A DNA stretch of 64,000 nt from Candidatus Omnitrophota bacterium (GCA_043798375.1 JAZDOS010000028.1:28241-92240); one strand, 5' to 3'; positions 37,627 to 48,466 are shown, counted from the first letter of the stretch. Numbers and translations: made by a program. The notes: generated from the letters alone by a model not told the origin.

Positions 37627-37682
37627 ATACAACCTGCGAGGTTAACCGGTAGATAGCTACCGGCAAACCTCGCAGGTTGTAT
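37627..37682. repeat. REPIN-like doublet copy 3
   Basis: atacaacctgcgaggtt..aacctcgcaggttgtat. Confidence 0.92.
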
Positions 37683-37707
37683 TGATAAAAAAGCGTGTCC
37701 GATTTTC

Positions 37708-38973
37708 CTAAAACTGATACCCCAGTCCGACGCCGAGGATTTCCGCCGCGGCGGTTACTTTAGTTCCGTTGCCGTTTACGCTGTATGTGTCTCCGCAGCC
37801 GTTATCCGCCTTTACACCCATAAAATGATGCTCCCACACGAAGTCAAGGGACAGGTTCTTCATCACAAAATATGAAAAACCCATAGTAAGATGGTGCTCC
37901 ATGATTACCGGCAGAAGCGCGTTGGCGAAGACGACATGCGCCTGGACAGGGCTTTTTCCATACATATACCCGAGACGCAGTTTAAACTTATCGTCATTCT
38001 TCTTATCCTTAAAACTATATTCGCCGCCTGTCGCGAAAACCCACTGGTCCCCCCATCCGAAACCGCCTGATTCAGGGCCGTTTCTGGCAAGCTTCACATC
38101 CGTCCAGTTAATATACCGGGTGTCGAACGTCCATTCGAAATCCCTGATTGGTTTCAATGATACGCCGGCATTTATCACCGGCGGCTCATCTATATACGGC
38201 AGGCAGTCTTTGTATTTATAATGATGGCCAAACCATCCGTGGCTTTCGTAAGACGCTCCGAGATTCAGCATTTCATTGAACTTATACAGAAGGCCTAGTG
38301 TAAAACCAGCACCTGGCGCAAAGTCCCAGTCTCCATTACCTGCCGTCTCCAGATACTGACTGGCGTAGGTGGCGGTTGTCGTCAGGTTCGTCCTTAAGCC
38401 TTGTATGCCGATGTTGGCGGTGCCTCCAAAAGACAGCTTGTCGTTAAATGCCACCGCTATGCCCGGCGCGATACGCAAACTTCTCAAATCTACCATTTTA
38501 TCGAAGTCATGTGTATCCCTGAGGAGGATAGGGTTAAAACGAGCTGCCGGATAATTAAGTGCCAAACCGGCCATTGTAAAGATCCCGCAACCGACCGATA
38601 CCGGGTACTTGTCCGTACCCGGGATACGATAACTTATGCCCGCGTCGGCTCCGGGCAGATAAGTAATATTGCTCTTCTGCCGCGTGCCGGCATTTGCGAG
38701 CACCCCTTCCGTGTGCATGGTAACATCGTGAGGCAGGATATTGAGATATTCCAGATCGATCCTGTTCCCTATCCATACGAGACTGGCGGGGTTCCTCACT
38801 AAACATGATGTGTCTGCCGGCGAAGCGGTAGTAGCGCCGCCCATGCCGGAGTCTCTGGCGCTGAACCCTAAAAATCGCGTCCCGTTACCGGCATACGCGA
38901 AATCGTTTAAAACAAGGCACATCGCAAACGCTAAAGCTATAACTAATATAATTGCCTTACCTTTTGATATCAT
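37708..38973 (-). CDS. FadL/OmpP1/TodX family outer-membrane transporter
   Basis: Signal peptide, GMGGA..NPA hatch motif, LRLGY, terminal YQF. Confidence 0.88.
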   Translation of the reverse strand: MISKGKAIILVIALAFAMCLVLNDFAYAGNGTRFLGFSARDSGMGGATTASPADTSCLVRNPASLVWIGNRIDLEYLNILPHDVTMHTEGVLANAGTRQKSNITYLPGADAGISYRIPGTDKYPVSVGCGIFTMAGLALNYPAARFNPILLRDTHDFDKMVDLRSLRIAPGIAVAFNDKLSFGGTANIGIQGLRTNLTTTATYASQYLETAGNGDWDFAPGAGFTLGLLYKFNEMLNLGASYESHGWFGHHYKYKDCLPYIDEPPVINAGVSLKPIRDFEWTFDTRYINWTDVKLARNGPESGGFGWGDQWVFATGGEYSFKDKKNDDKFKLRLGYMYGKSPVQAHVVFANALLPVIMEHHLTMGFSYFVMKNLSLDFVWEHHFMGVKADNGCGDTYSVNGNGTKVTAAAEILGVGLGYQF

Positions 38974-38998
38974 CGCTATGTTTCTCCTTTCCTCATTT

Positions 38999-39027
38999 TC
39001 TAACCAGGTTATTCTAACCTGGTTAGA
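38999..39027. repeat. Palindrome (REP-like or operator)
   Basis: tctaaccaggtt-attct-aacctggttaga. Confidence 0.65.
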
Positions 39028-39120
39028 TTTGGCAGGTTAGAAATAAAAAATAGCATTGGAAAAAATTCCAACGCCATAAGTATACATGATGAATCCGATA
39101 TAGTCAAATCGGCGTATCAA

Positions 39121-39645
39121 TTAGCAGTATTCGTCTTTTATCAGGGAGAATACTTCGCAGCCCTTCAGCTTCTCACGGCCCTTCAGGGGAAGAAGCTCTA
39201 TTACGAACGCTATCCCGACGATATATCCGCCCATCTTTTTCACGAGCCCGCTGACAGCGGCCACCGTCCCGCCTGTGGCCAGAAGGTCGTCGACGATCAA
39301 AATCCTGTCGCCCTGTTTGAACGCATCCTGATGGATCTCGAGCGTATCCGTGCCGTATTCGAGGCCATAAGTTACCGCGAGCGTCTTATGCGGAAGCTTG
39401 CCCTTCTTTCTTACCGGAACAAGCCCGGCGCCGAGCTTATAAGCTACGGCCGCGCCGAAGATAAAGCCTCTTGCCTCGACGCTCAACACATAGTCTATTT
39501 TTTCATTTTTGAATTTATCGGCGATCGTATCGACCGCGTCCCTTAAAGCGTCTTTATTTTTAAGGAGCGTGGTTATGTCCTTGAATATGATCCCCTTTTT
39601 CGGAAAATCCGGTATGTCCCTGACGCAGGATTTGAGATCCATCAT
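39121..39645 (-). CDS. apt: Adenine phosphoribosyltransferase
   Basis: [28 protein letters not shown]. Confidence 0.97.
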   Translation of the reverse strand: MMDLKSCVRDIPDFPKKGIIFKDITTLLKNKDALRDAVDTIADKFKNEKIDYVLSVEARGFIFGAAVAYKLGAGLVPVRKKGKLPHKTLAVTYGLEYGTDTLEIHQDAFKQGDRILIVDDLLATGGTVAAVSGLVKKMGGYIVGIAFVIELLPLKGREKLKGCEVFSLIKDEYC

Positions 39646-39664
39646 AAGATCCTCCCGTTTTTGT

Positions 39665-40492
39665 TCACCCGGCCTTCAACGCGGCTTCCTTATCCTGCTG
39701 CAGCATAAATTCGCGCATCTTCTTCATCGCGGCGGACTCTATCTGGCGGACGCGCTCCCTTGTTATGCCGAAATGTTTCGCCGTGTCCCTTAATGTATGC
39801 GGTACGCCGTTCTTCAGCCCGAACCTGAGAGACAATATCTTCTGCTCCCTCTTCGACATCTTTTCGAGCATGCACTTTATCCGTTCCTGCGTCAGGAAAT
39901 TGGAGAGCTCGTCGGCGGCCGAGACCATATTCTCGTCTTCGATAAGATCGAGGAATTCGGTCGAGCCCTCTTCGCCGACGGGCGCGTTAAGGCTGGATGT
40001 GCCGGATGCCATCTTGGAAAGCTGCTTGGCGCGCTTCATGGGAAGGCTCATCCGTTTGGCTATCTCGGCGAGGCGCGGTTTTCTTTTCAGGGAATTCGTA
40101 AGATGCTCGGTGACTTTTTTAAACCGCATAAGTAATTCTATAATATAGACGGGCATCCTTACGGTCTTGCCCTGGTTCGCTATCGCCCTCGATATGTATT
40201 GCCGTATCCACCACGCGGCGTATGTCGAGAACCTGTACCCTTTTTTCGGGTTGAATTTTTCTACGGCCTTCATGAGGCCGAGGTTGCCTTCCTCGATGAG
40301 GTCCATCATCGAGACGCCGAGGTGCGAATATTTCTTGGCGATATTTATGACGAGGCGAAGGTTCGACTGGATCATCCTCGCGCGGGCATGCTTATCGCCT
40401 TTCTTGATACGCTCGGCAAGATCTATCTCTTCCTCTGCGGTCAGGAGGGGCAGCTTCTTTATATCCTTGAGATATAATCTTATCGCATCCAT
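39665..40492 (-). CDS. RpoD/RpoS-family sigma70 factor lacking region 1.1
   Basis: [36 protein letters not shown]. Confidence 0.92.
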   Translation of the reverse strand: MDAIRLYLKDIKKLPLLTAEEEIDLAERIKKGDKHARARMIQSNLRLVINIAKKYSHLGVSMMDLIEEGNLGLMKAVEKFNPKKGYRFSTYAAWWIRQYISRAIANQGKTVRMPVYIIELLMRFKKVTEHLTNSLKRKPRLAEIAKRMSLPMKRAKQLSKMASGTSSLNAPVGEEGSTEFLDLIEDENMVSAADELSNFLTQERIKCMLEKMSKREQKILSLRFGLKNGVPHTLRDTAKHFGITRERVRQIESAAMKKMREFMLQQDKEAALKAG

Positions 40493-40495
40493 ATA

Positions 40496-43279
40496 TTATT
40501 TTTTCTTCGCTTCAACCGCCGCCTGCGCTGCCGCAAGACGGGCTATCGGCACACGGAACGGCGAACAGCTCACGTAATTCATCCCGGCCCGATGGCAGAA
40601 TTTGACGCTTTCCGGATCGCCGCCGTGCTCGCCGCATATACCGACTTTGAGATCTTTGCGGGCCGCGCGGCCGCGGTCGATGCCAATCTTGATAAGCTCT
40701 CCCACGCCGTCCTGGTCGATCGTCTGGAACGGATCGGCCGGCAGGATCTTGGAATTCAAATAATCCGGCAGGAAGCCGCCGATATCATCTCTCGAGAATC
40801 CGAAAGTCATCTGCGTAAGATCGTTCGTCCCGAACGAAAAGAATTCGCACGTTTCGGCTATTTTTCCGGCCTCGAGCGCCGCGCGCGGGATCTCTATCAT
40901 CGTCCCGTACATATACGGTATCTTTTTCACGCCTAATTTGGCCGAGACCTCTTTATCCACTTTTTCGACGATCGCCTTCTGGTTATCCAATTCGGACCTG
41001 GCGCAGGTAACCGGGATCATTATCTCCGGCAGAGCCTTCTTGCCCTCTTTGATAAGCTCTACGGACGCCTCGAGAATAGCCCGGACCTGCATCTCCGTTA
41101 TCTCGGGATATGTTATTCCGAGCCTGACGCCGCGATGGCCGAGCATCGGGTTGTTTTCGTGTAAGCCTTCGGCGCGTTTACGAAGCTCGCTCATATCGAC
41201 GCCGAGTTCTCCGGCAAGCGCTTCCAGCTTATCTTCGCTGTGCGGGACGAATTCGTGCAGCGGCGGGTCGAGGAGCCGTATGGTTACCGGATACCCCTTC
41301 ATCGCCTCGATCGTCGCCTTCATGTCGCTCTTGACGAACGGGAACAGCTCATCGAGCGCCTTGCGCCGCTCGGCCTCCGTCTTCGACATTATCATTTTCC
41401 GAAGGAGAAAAAGCGGCTTGTCGCTGCCTTCACCGTAAAACATGTGCTCGGTGCGGAACAGGCCGATGCCCTCGGCGCCGAACTTCATCGCCTGCGCGGC
41501 GTCTTTCGGAGTATCCGCGTTGGTCCGGATTTTCAAGGTGCGGGTTTTGTCGACCAGCTTCATCAGTTCGGTATAAGATTTGTTATTTTCAAGGTCGATA
41601 TCAACCAGCGGAAGTTTACCGTTATAAACAAGCCCCTTCGTCCCGTTCAAGCTTATCCAGTCGCCCTCTTTAACCGCCGGCCCCTTCTTCGTCTTGAAAG
41701 ATTTATTGTCATCGGCGATATCCAGATCGGCGCAGCCGACGATACAGCACTTGCCCCATCCGCGGGCTACGAGCGCCGCGTGCGATGTCATGCCGCCTTT
41801 AGAGGTAAGGATGGCCTGCGCCTTGTGCATTCCGTCGACGTCCTCAGGGGATGTCTCTTCGCGCACAAGAATGACTTTCTCGCCGCGCGAGGCCCATTCG
41901 ACGGCGTCCTTAGACGTAAATACAACCCGCCCGATCGCCCCGCCGGGGCCTGCCGGCAATCCTTTGGCTATAGGAACCGTTGTTGATTCGGCCTTTGGAT
42001 CGATCATCGGAAGAAGCAGTTCGACAAGCTGGTTCGGCGCCACGCGCATTATAGCCGTATTCGCATCGATAAACTTATCTTTATACATATCCACCGCCAT
42101 ACGCACCGCCGAAACACCGTTACGCTTCCCGACGCGGCACTGAAGCATAAAGAGCTTGTCCTTCTCGATAGTGAACTCGATATCCTGCATATCCTTATAA
42201 TGATTCTCGAGGCGCGTCCGTATGCTGTCAAGTTCCCTGTATATCTCCGGCATGATCTTTGAAAGGGTGGGTAAACTTTTACTCTGTTCGTTCTTGGAAT
42301 AATCGTTGATGGGCCCGGGCGTCCTTATGCCCGCGACAACATCTTCGCCCTGGGCATTCACCAGGTATTCGCCGTAGAACCGGTCTTCACCGTTACCGGG
42401 ATTGCGGCTAAAGGCGACGCCGGTCGCGCAGTCATCGCCCATGTTGCCGAAGACCATCGTCTGGACGGTAACGGCCGTGCCCCACTCATCCGGGATCTTC
42501 TCGATGCGGCGGTATTCCACCGCCCTTCTGCCGTTCCAACTCGAAAATACCGCGCCTATACCGCCCCACAACTGCTCTTCGGGATTATCCGGAAATTCTT
42601 TGCCGAGGACTTCCTTGATAGTCTTTTTGAAATCGGCGACGAGGCTCTTCAGTTCGTTCGCGTCAAGCTCCGTGTCAGATTTATACCCCTTCGAATGTTT
42701 TATATTATCCAGCTTCTCGTCGAGTATCTTGCGGATGCCCTTACCCTTCGGCTCGATTCCCGCAGCCTTTTCCATCACCACATCCGAATACATCATGATG
42801 AGCCTGCGATACGCGTCATAAACAAATCTTTCATTGCCGGTCTGCTTGATGAGCCCCTGGATAGTCTTCTCGGTAAGCCCGACGTTCAGCACCGTCTCCA
42901 TCATGCCCGGCATCGATCTGCGGGCGCCTGAACGGACAGAGACAAGCAGAGGGCTCACAGGATTGCCGAACCCTTTCCCCATCAGCTTTTCGACCTTTGC
43001 CATGGCATCGGCCACCTGGCCTTTGAGCTCTTTCGGATATACCTTATCATTCTTATAATAATAAGTGCAGACCTCTGTCGTTATGGTAAATCCCGGCGGA
43101 ACCGGTAAACGCAAGCTTGGATGGCCCGCCATTTCGGCGAGGTTCGCGCCTTTTCCTCCGAGAAGATTCTTCATCGATTCGTTTCCGTCGGCCTTTCCGC
43201 CGCCGAATGAATACACGCACTTCTTAACCTTACCTGATGTTCCCACTTTTTTCTCCTCCGTTAAAGCTATGCTTCCCAT
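40496..43279 (-). CDS. ppdK: Pyruvate, phosphate dikinase
   Basis: GGKGANLAEM, GGMTSHAA, GLFRTEHM, GICGEHGG. Confidence 0.97.
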   Translation of the reverse strand: MGSIALTEEKKVGTSGKVKKCVYSFGGGKADGNESMKNLLGGKGANLAEMAGHPSLRLPVPPGFTITTEVCTYYYKNDKVYPKELKGQVADAMAKVEKLMGKGFGNPVSPLLVSVRSGARRSMPGMMETVLNVGLTEKTIQGLIKQTGNERFVYDAYRRLIMMYSDVVMEKAAGIEPKGKGIRKILDEKLDNIKHSKGYKSDTELDANELKSLVADFKKTIKEVLGKEFPDNPEEQLWGGIGAVFSSWNGRRAVEYRRIEKIPDEWGTAVTVQTMVFGNMGDDCATGVAFSRNPGNGEDRFYGEYLVNAQGEDVVAGIRTPGPINDYSKNEQSKSLPTLSKIMPEIYRELDSIRTRLENHYKDMQDIEFTIEKDKLFMLQCRVGKRNGVSAVRMAVDMYKDKFIDANTAIMRVAPNQLVELLLPMIDPKAESTTVPIAKGLPAGPGGAIGRVVFTSKDAVEWASRGEKVILVREETSPEDVDGMHKAQAILTSKGGMTSHAALVARGWGKCCIVGCADLDIADDNKSFKTKKGPAVKEGDWISLNGTKGLVYNGKLPLVDIDLENNKSYTELMKLVDKTRTLKIRTNADTPKDAAQAMKFGAEGIGLFRTEHMFYGEGSDKPLFLLRKMIMSKTEAERRKALDELFPFVKSDMKATIEAMKGYPVTIRLLDPPLHEFVPHSEDKLEALAGELGVDMSELRKRAEGLHENNPMLGHRGVRLGITYPEITEMQVRAILEASVELIKEGKKALPEIMIPVTCARSELDNQKAIVEKVDKEVSAKLGVKKIPYMYGTMIEIPRAALEAGKIAETCEFFSFGTNDLTQMTFGFSRDDIGGFLPDYLNSKILPADPFQTIDQDGVGELIKIGIDRGRAARKDLKVGICGEHGGDPESVKFCHRAGMNYVSCSPFRVPIARLAAAQAAVEAKKK

Positions 43280-43284
43280 TTAAA

Positions 43285-44604
43285 CTACACCCCTTTCAAA
43301 TTAAACTTCTCGATCAGATAATCTTTCACCTTATCAACACTGATACGATCCTGCTTCATGGAATCTCTTTCGCGAACCGTAACTTTGCGGTCGCTCAAGG
43401 ACTCTACGTCGACGGTTATGCAGTATGGAGTCCCCACCTCATCCTGCCTCCTGTATAACCTTCCTATGGAAGCGGTGTCGTCATACATCACCTTTAGGCT
43501 CTTTCTTAAGTTATCCGTTATATCTTTCGCAAGCTTGACGATTTCAGGCCTGTTCCTCAATAGAGGAAGGACTGCCGCCTTTATCGGAGATAGCTTATTG
43601 TCTATCGAAAGAAGCGCGCGCTTTTCGCCCCTCACCTCTTCTTCTTTATAGGAGTCCGTAAGAAACGCGAGGATCGACCGGTCGATACCGCCCGACGGTT
43701 CTATCACATAAGGAGTATATCTAACTTTGGTCTCCTCATCCAGATATTCCAGATTTTTTCCACTTAAGGCGCTGTGCTGTTTTAAATCGAAGTCGGTCCT
43801 ATTCGCGATCCCTTCGAGCTCCGACCATCCGAATGGGAATTTATATTCGATATCGGTGCAGGCCTTGGCGTAATGGGCAAGTTCTGTCTTCTCGTGCCGG
43901 CGTTTGCGTAAGTTTTCTTTCCTGATACCCAGTTTAATATACCAATTGAAGCGCTCATCGACCCATTTCTCATACCACTCTTCATCCGTTCCCGGCTTCA
44001 CAAAATACTCTATCTCCATCTGCTCGAATTCGCGGGAGCGGAATGTAAGGTTTCCTGTGGTGACTTCGTTTCGGAATGATTTTCCTATCTGGGCGATCCC
44101 GAAAGGCACTTTCCGGCGCATCGAATCTACGACATTATGGAAATTTACGAATATGCCCTGGGCTGTTTCGGGGCGCAGATATATGAGAGAGCCTTCGTCT
44201 TCAATGGGTCCGAGGTGAGTCTTTAACATAAGGTTGAACTGTCTGGCCTCAGTCAGTTCACCTCCGCATTTCGGACATTTCTTGTCCGTTACGTGTTCGA
44301 CTTTGAAGCGTTTATTGCAGCCCTTGCAATCTACGAGAGCGTCTTCGAAGTTCGTTACGTGGCCGGAGGCCATCCATACTTCGGGACGCATTAAAATAGA
44401 GGCGTCGAGCCCTTCAATGTCGTCTCTTTCGTAGACATTGGAGCGCCACCACGCCTCTTTAAGGTTTCGTTTCAGCTCCACGCCGAGCGGGCCGTAATCC
44501 CAGGTGCTCGCGAGGCCGCCGTATATCTCGCTTGATTGAAATATGAATCCCCGTCTTTTACAAAGCGAGGTGATCTTATCCATTACATCGGGATTGGGCT
44601 GCAT
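43285..44604 (-). CDS. glyQS: Glycine--tRNA ligase (alpha2 type)
   Basis: YLRPETAQG, GKSFRNE, REFEQME, ELEGIANR. Confidence 0.96.
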   Translation of the reverse strand: MQPNPDVMDKITSLCKRRGFIFQSSEIYGGLASTWDYGPLGVELKRNLKEAWWRSNVYERDDIEGLDASILMRPEVWMASGHVTNFEDALVDCKGCNKRFKVEHVTDKKCPKCGGELTEARQFNLMLKTHLGPIEDEGSLIYLRPETAQGIFVNFHNVVDSMRRKVPFGIAQIGKSFRNEVTTGNLTFRSREFEQMEIEYFVKPGTDEEWYEKWVDERFNWYIKLGIRKENLRKRRHEKTELAHYAKACTDIEYKFPFGWSELEGIANRTDFDLKQHSALSGKNLEYLDEETKVRYTPYVIEPSGGIDRSILAFLTDSYKEEEVRGEKRALLSIDNKLSPIKAAVLPLLRNRPEIVKLAKDITDNLRKSLKVMYDDTASIGRLYRRQDEVGTPYCITVDVESLSDRKVTVRERDSMKQDRISVDKVKDYLIEKFNLKGV

Positions 44605-44705
44605 ATAGATGGAACCCTACCTTTTTACATCACCTGCGACATCCGCCGAAGCATCTGCTCTATCGCTTATTGATTGCGAAGGCGGATAACTCCGAAATTT
44701 TTTCT

Positions 44706-44734
44706 ATCTTAACATTCCTTCGTGCGAAATGCAA
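44706..44734 (-). promoter_or_regulatory. Putative sigma70 promoter of glyQS
   Basis: TTGCAT-17-TAAGAT. Confidence 0.55.
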
Positions 44735-44743
44735 GCAAAATGA

Positions 44744-44766
44744 GAAGGTGCCTGGCACCTCTTTTG
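44744..44766. repeat. AGGTGCC-T-GGCACCT REP-like palindrome
   Basis: gaaggtgcctggcacctcttttg, identical at 50611-50633. Confidence 0.82.
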
Positions 44767-44778
44767 AAACTTTTTTAA

Positions 44779-45543
44779 TTAGCTCCGCTTCTCGATCTCC
44801 TTCAAGAATTCGAGCGTCTTCAAGCGGCGCTCTATGTGAAAATCGAGGAATTTTCTTAAGATCCCTTCGAGCTCCCTGCCCACCTCGGAGGCAACCTTGA
44901 CCCGCGCTATCCGCTCGAACGGCGACGTCCTGATATGTTCGATAAATTTCACCGTTCCCTGTAAGATGGGGCACGCCTGGTTATCGGAGGCAAGGCACGC
45001 CTTGCATAAAAGGCCGCCGTGCCTGAAGCTGAACCTGGCGGACGCGTCGACCCGGAGACCGCAGGAAGCGCAAAGTTCAAGCGTCGGCATGAGCCCCAGA
45101 AGATGCAGGAGTTTTATCTCGAATATCCTCGTCACGCGGCGCGGGCTTGATTCTCCGGAGAGAAGCTTCAGGCTGTTCAGCAACAAGCCGAAGACCTCTG
45201 TGTTTTTATCGCCCAGCACCGTGACGGAATCTACGAGTTCTACTATATAGGCGGCGTAGGCTAATTTTTCAAGGGATCCCCTTATCGGGTAAAAAAAATC
45301 GAGGAGGTCGCATTGGGATACGGTATAAAATTCGCTGCGTTTTCTTTCGTAGAAAACGATTTCGTCATGGGCAAATATCTCAAGGCTTCCGCCGCCGGCC
45401 CCGCCTTGAGCGCGCGAACCGCGCACGCCGCGGACTATGCCCTTTATCTTGCCGAAATCCCTGGTGTAGATATTTAATATCAGGCTCGTCTCGCGCAGAT
45501 CGGCCTTGCGTAAAATTATACCCTCGGATTTCTGTATGGCCAT
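44779..45543 (-). CDS. recO: DNA repair protein RecO
   Basis: ETSLIL..YTRDFGK, FEIKLL, C..C...GGLLC..C. Confidence 0.94.
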   Translation of the reverse strand: MAIQKSEGIILRKADLRETSLILNIYTRDFGKIKGIVRGVRGSRAQGGAGGGSLEIFAHDEIVFYERKRSEFYTVSQCDLLDFFYPIRGSLEKLAYAAYIVELVDSVTVLGDKNTEVFGLLLNSLKLLSGESSPRRVTRIFEIKLLHLLGLMPTLELCASCGLRVDASARFSFRHGGLLCKACLASDNQACPILQGTVKFIEHIRTSPFERIARVKVASEVGRELEGILRKFLDFHIERRLKTLEFLKEIEKRS

Positions 45544-45546
45544 AGT

Positions 45547-46245
45547 CTAGCGGAACAGCTGGAATACGAAAGTAGTGAGAAGAATTCCTAAGATAGCGCC
45601 GGCGAGGACCTCCCAGAAAGTGTGGACGGAATCCTTGATCCTGTGCCTCGCTATCAGGAACGCCATCAGGAATGAGAGCGCGATGACGATAGAATTCCTG
45701 GTCAAAAACACTATCACCGTCCATATCGAAAAGGCTATCGCCGCGTGCCCCGACGGCATACCGCCCCGCAAGGGAGTCCCTTTATGAAAGACAAGCTTTC
45801 CTATAATACTCATCCCGAAAACGAGGATGAGCGCTATGAACGTGACATTCCACGGCGACCTCCTGACGTTCTCCATCGCGGCGGCTACGTCGAACGGAAG
45901 CTTTTTCGAAAACAATATGTATCCGACTATACCTGCGTTAATGGACGTTACGAGAACGGCGCCGGCCCCTATATCTTTTATGATCCGCGCGGCGGGATCG
46001 AGGTCGGACTTCATCATATCAACGATACGCTCTATCGCCGTGTTGATCATCTCGCTCGCCAGGACCAGGCTTACCGTGACCGATAACGCGATTATCTCCA
46101 GATATGTGAAGTTGAGGTAGATGCCGAGGAGGATAAAGAAGAACGCGGCCAGGTAATGTATCCGCATATTGCGCTCGGTTATGAGGGCGTAAATAAACCC
46201 TTCTACCGCGGCGTTAAAACTTTCGACAAATTTTCTTTCTTCCAT
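45547..46245 (-). CDS. Diacylglycerol kinase (DgkA)-PAP2 fusion
   Basis: ERNMRIH, EMINTAIE..VD, KDIGAGAV; GGMPSGH, HTFWEV. Confidence 0.9.
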   Translation of the reverse strand: MEERKFVESFNAAVEGFIYALITERNMRIHYLAAFFFILLGIYLNFTYLEIIALSVTVSLVLASEMINTAIERIVDMMKSDLDPAARIIKDIGAGAVLVTSINAGIVGYILFSKKLPFDVAAAMENVRRSPWNVTFIALILVFGMSIIGKLVFHKGTPLRGGMPSGHAAIAFSIWTVIVFLTRNSIVIALSFLMAFLIARHRIKDSVHTFWEVLAGAILGILLTTFVFQLFR

Positions 46246-46706
46246 AAGTATTTTAAAATCTCGTCCTGAATTTTGGCCATCCGCCGCTTGTCCGGGGCCC
46301 TTTCGTCGTCATAGCCGGAGAGGTGCAAAATGCCGTGTATAACGTAAAGAATTATTTCTTCTTCTAACGGGGTTTTGAAAATTTTCGAGTTTCTAAGCGC
46401 CTGATCCGGCGATATAAATATCTCCCCGATAAAACCTTTTTTTCCAAATTCTTTTCTGTCAATCCCAAAACTTAAAACATCGGTGGGGCCGGACCTGCCT
46501 TTATATTTTTTATTCAGGGCCGATATAGCGTTGTCGTTTAAAAAAACTATCTCAAGTTCGATTCCTCGAGATTTCTTCAGATACCTCAGGATCTCCGCTG
46601 TAATCTTTTTTATGAACGCGATGTTTAATCGGTACTTTTTGTGGAGATTGTCAATCCTTATTCCCTGTACCCTGTCCCCTGAACCCTGTACCCTTTCCCT
46701 TTTCAC
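46203..46706 (-). CDS. ybeY: rRNA maturation RNase YbeY
   Basis: PTDVLSF, GEIFIS, HGILHLSGYD. Confidence 0.93.
   Translation of the reverse strand: MKRERVQGSGDRVQGIRIDNLHKKYRLNIAFIKKITAEILRYLKKSRGIELEIVFLNDNAISALNKKYKGRSGPTDVLSFGIDRKEFGKKGFIGEIFISPDQALRNSKIFKTPLEEEIILYVIHGILHLSGYDDERAPDKRRMAKIQDEILKYLWKKENLSKVLTPR
46663..46704. repeat. 7-bp-period array in the ybeY 5' end
   Basis: ccctgta ccctgtc ccctgaa ccctgta ccctttc. Confidence 0.82.
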
Positions 46707-48466
46707 GTCTTTATCTTGATATTCAATTCGTCGAGCTGCTTCCCGCCTACAATCGAGGGCGCGTTCGTCATCGGGCAGAATGCCTTCTGTGTCTTCGGAA
46801 ACGCGATCACGTCCCTTATCGACTCGCAGCCCAACAGTAACGTCATGAGCCTGTCTAATCCGAACGCGATGCCGCCGTGAGGCGGGGCGCCGTATTTGAA
46901 CGCGTCGAGCAGAAATCCGAACCTCAGCCGCGCTTCGTCATCGCCTATCCCTATGGTCTTGAAGATCAGTTCCTGAAGAAGCCGCTCGTGTATTCTTATG
47001 CTCCCCGACCCTATCTCCGCGCCGTTTATGACAAGATCGTATGATCTCGACCTGATGTCGTGGAGACGAATGCCTTTTTCCAGAAGCCCGACGTCGTCCG
47101 GATGCACGGACGTAAAAGGATGGTGCTCCGATTCCCACCTCTTCTCTTCGTCATTGTATTTGAAAAGCGGGAAGTCCGTTATCCAAATGAAGTTGAACTT
47201 CTTTTCATCGATAAGTTTAAGCTTTCTCCCCAAATGCCTCCTAAGGGCAGCCATCGAATCGCGGGCAATTTTCTCGGCGTCGGCCACGATAAATATCATA
47301 TCGCCGTCTTCAGCCAGAAGGCGCTTCCTTATCGCGCCCAATTCGCTTTCCGTGAAAAATTTATTTATCTGCGAGGAGAGCCCCCCGGATTCAGCCTTAA
47401 AATTCGCGAGCCCCTTCGCGCCGTATTCTTTGACAAATTCGATCAACTGGTCTATCTCGCCGCGCGAGATACTTGCGCATCCTTTCGCATTTATCGCGAT
47501 GGCCTTACCCTTCTTCTTCAGGACATCCTGGAATATCTTGAACCGGCAATCTTTCACGATATCGGTTATCTCGGCAAGCTCCAACCCGAATCTCGTATCA
47601 GGTTTATCGCACCCGAAACGCGACACGCTCTCGGCGTATTTAATCCGGGGGAACGGCGGCTTGAGGTCACAGCCTATCGTATCTTTGAATATCTTATTCA
47701 TCAGATTTTCGGATATCTCGAATATGTCCTCTTCCGTCACGAACGACATCTCGATATCGAACTGGGTAAATTCAGGCTGCCTGTCGGCCCTCAGGTCTTC
47801 GTCGCGGAAGCACTTCGCTATCTGGAAATACCTGTCGAAGGACGATACCATGAGGATCTGCTTGAATAATTGCGGAGACTGCGGGAGCGCGTAAAACATC
47901 CCCGGGTTTACCCTTGAGGGAACGAGGTAATCCCTCGCGCCTTCGGGCGTCGACTTTGTGAGAATGGGCGTCTCGACCTCGACGAAATTACGCCCGTCGA
48001 AATAGTCCCTGGCAAGCTTGCATACTTTATGCCGCAGGCGCAAGGACTTCTGCATACCCGGCCGCCTGAGATCTATATATCTATACTTCAATCTCGACTC
48101 TTCGGTGACGTTAACATCATCCGTCACTTCAAACGGCGGGGTCGCGGCCTTATTAAGGATCTCGACCGATTCGGCGGCTATTTCGATAAGCCCCGTCGCC
48201 AGCTTCGGATTTTCTGTTCCGGCCGGCCTCTTCCGGACAATACCTTTTACCTTAATAACAAATTCCGGCCGAAGCTCCTCCGCCTTCTTGTGGACATCCT
48301 GTTTGAGGCTCGGATTAAAAACGATCTGAGTCAATCCGTAACCGTCGCGCAGGTCGATAAATATGAGGTTCCCGTGGTCGCGTCTCGACCCTACCCAGCC
48401 GCAGAGCTCGACGGCCTTACCCATATCTTTATCATTCAGCCCGCCGCAAGTGTGAGTTCTCAGCAT
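46703..48466 (-). CDS. aspS: Aspartate--tRNA ligase
   Basis: RTHTCG, PEGARDY, LPQSPQLFKQ, PPHGGIAFGLDR. Confidence 0.97.
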   Translation of the reverse strand: MLRTHTCGGLNDKDMGKAVELCGWVGSRRDHGNLIFIDLRDGYGLTQIVFNPSLKQDVHKKAEELRPEFVIKVKGIVRKRPAGTENPKLATGLIEIAAESVEILNKAATPPFEVTDDVNVTEESRLKYRYIDLRRPGMQKSLRLRHKVCKLARDYFDGRNFVEVETPILTKSTPEGARDYLVPSRVNPGMFYALPQSPQLFKQILMVSSFDRYFQIAKCFRDEDLRADRQPEFTQFDIEMSFVTEEDIFEISENLMNKIFKDTIGCDLKPPFPRIKYAESVSRFGCDKPDTRFGLELAEITDIVKDCRFKIFQDVLKKKGKAIAINAKGCASISRGEIDQLIEFVKEYGAKGLANFKAESGGLSSQINKFFTESELGAIRKRLLAEDGDMIFIVADAEKIARDSMAALRRHLGRKLKLIDEKKFNFIWITDFPLFKYNDEEKRWESEHHPFTSVHPDDVGLLEKGIRLHDIRSRSYDLVINGAEIGSGSIRIHERLLQELIFKTIGIGDDEARLRFGFLLDAFKYGAPPHGGIAFGLDRLMTLLLGCESIRDVIAFPKTQKAFCPMTNAPSIVGGKQLDELNIKIKT

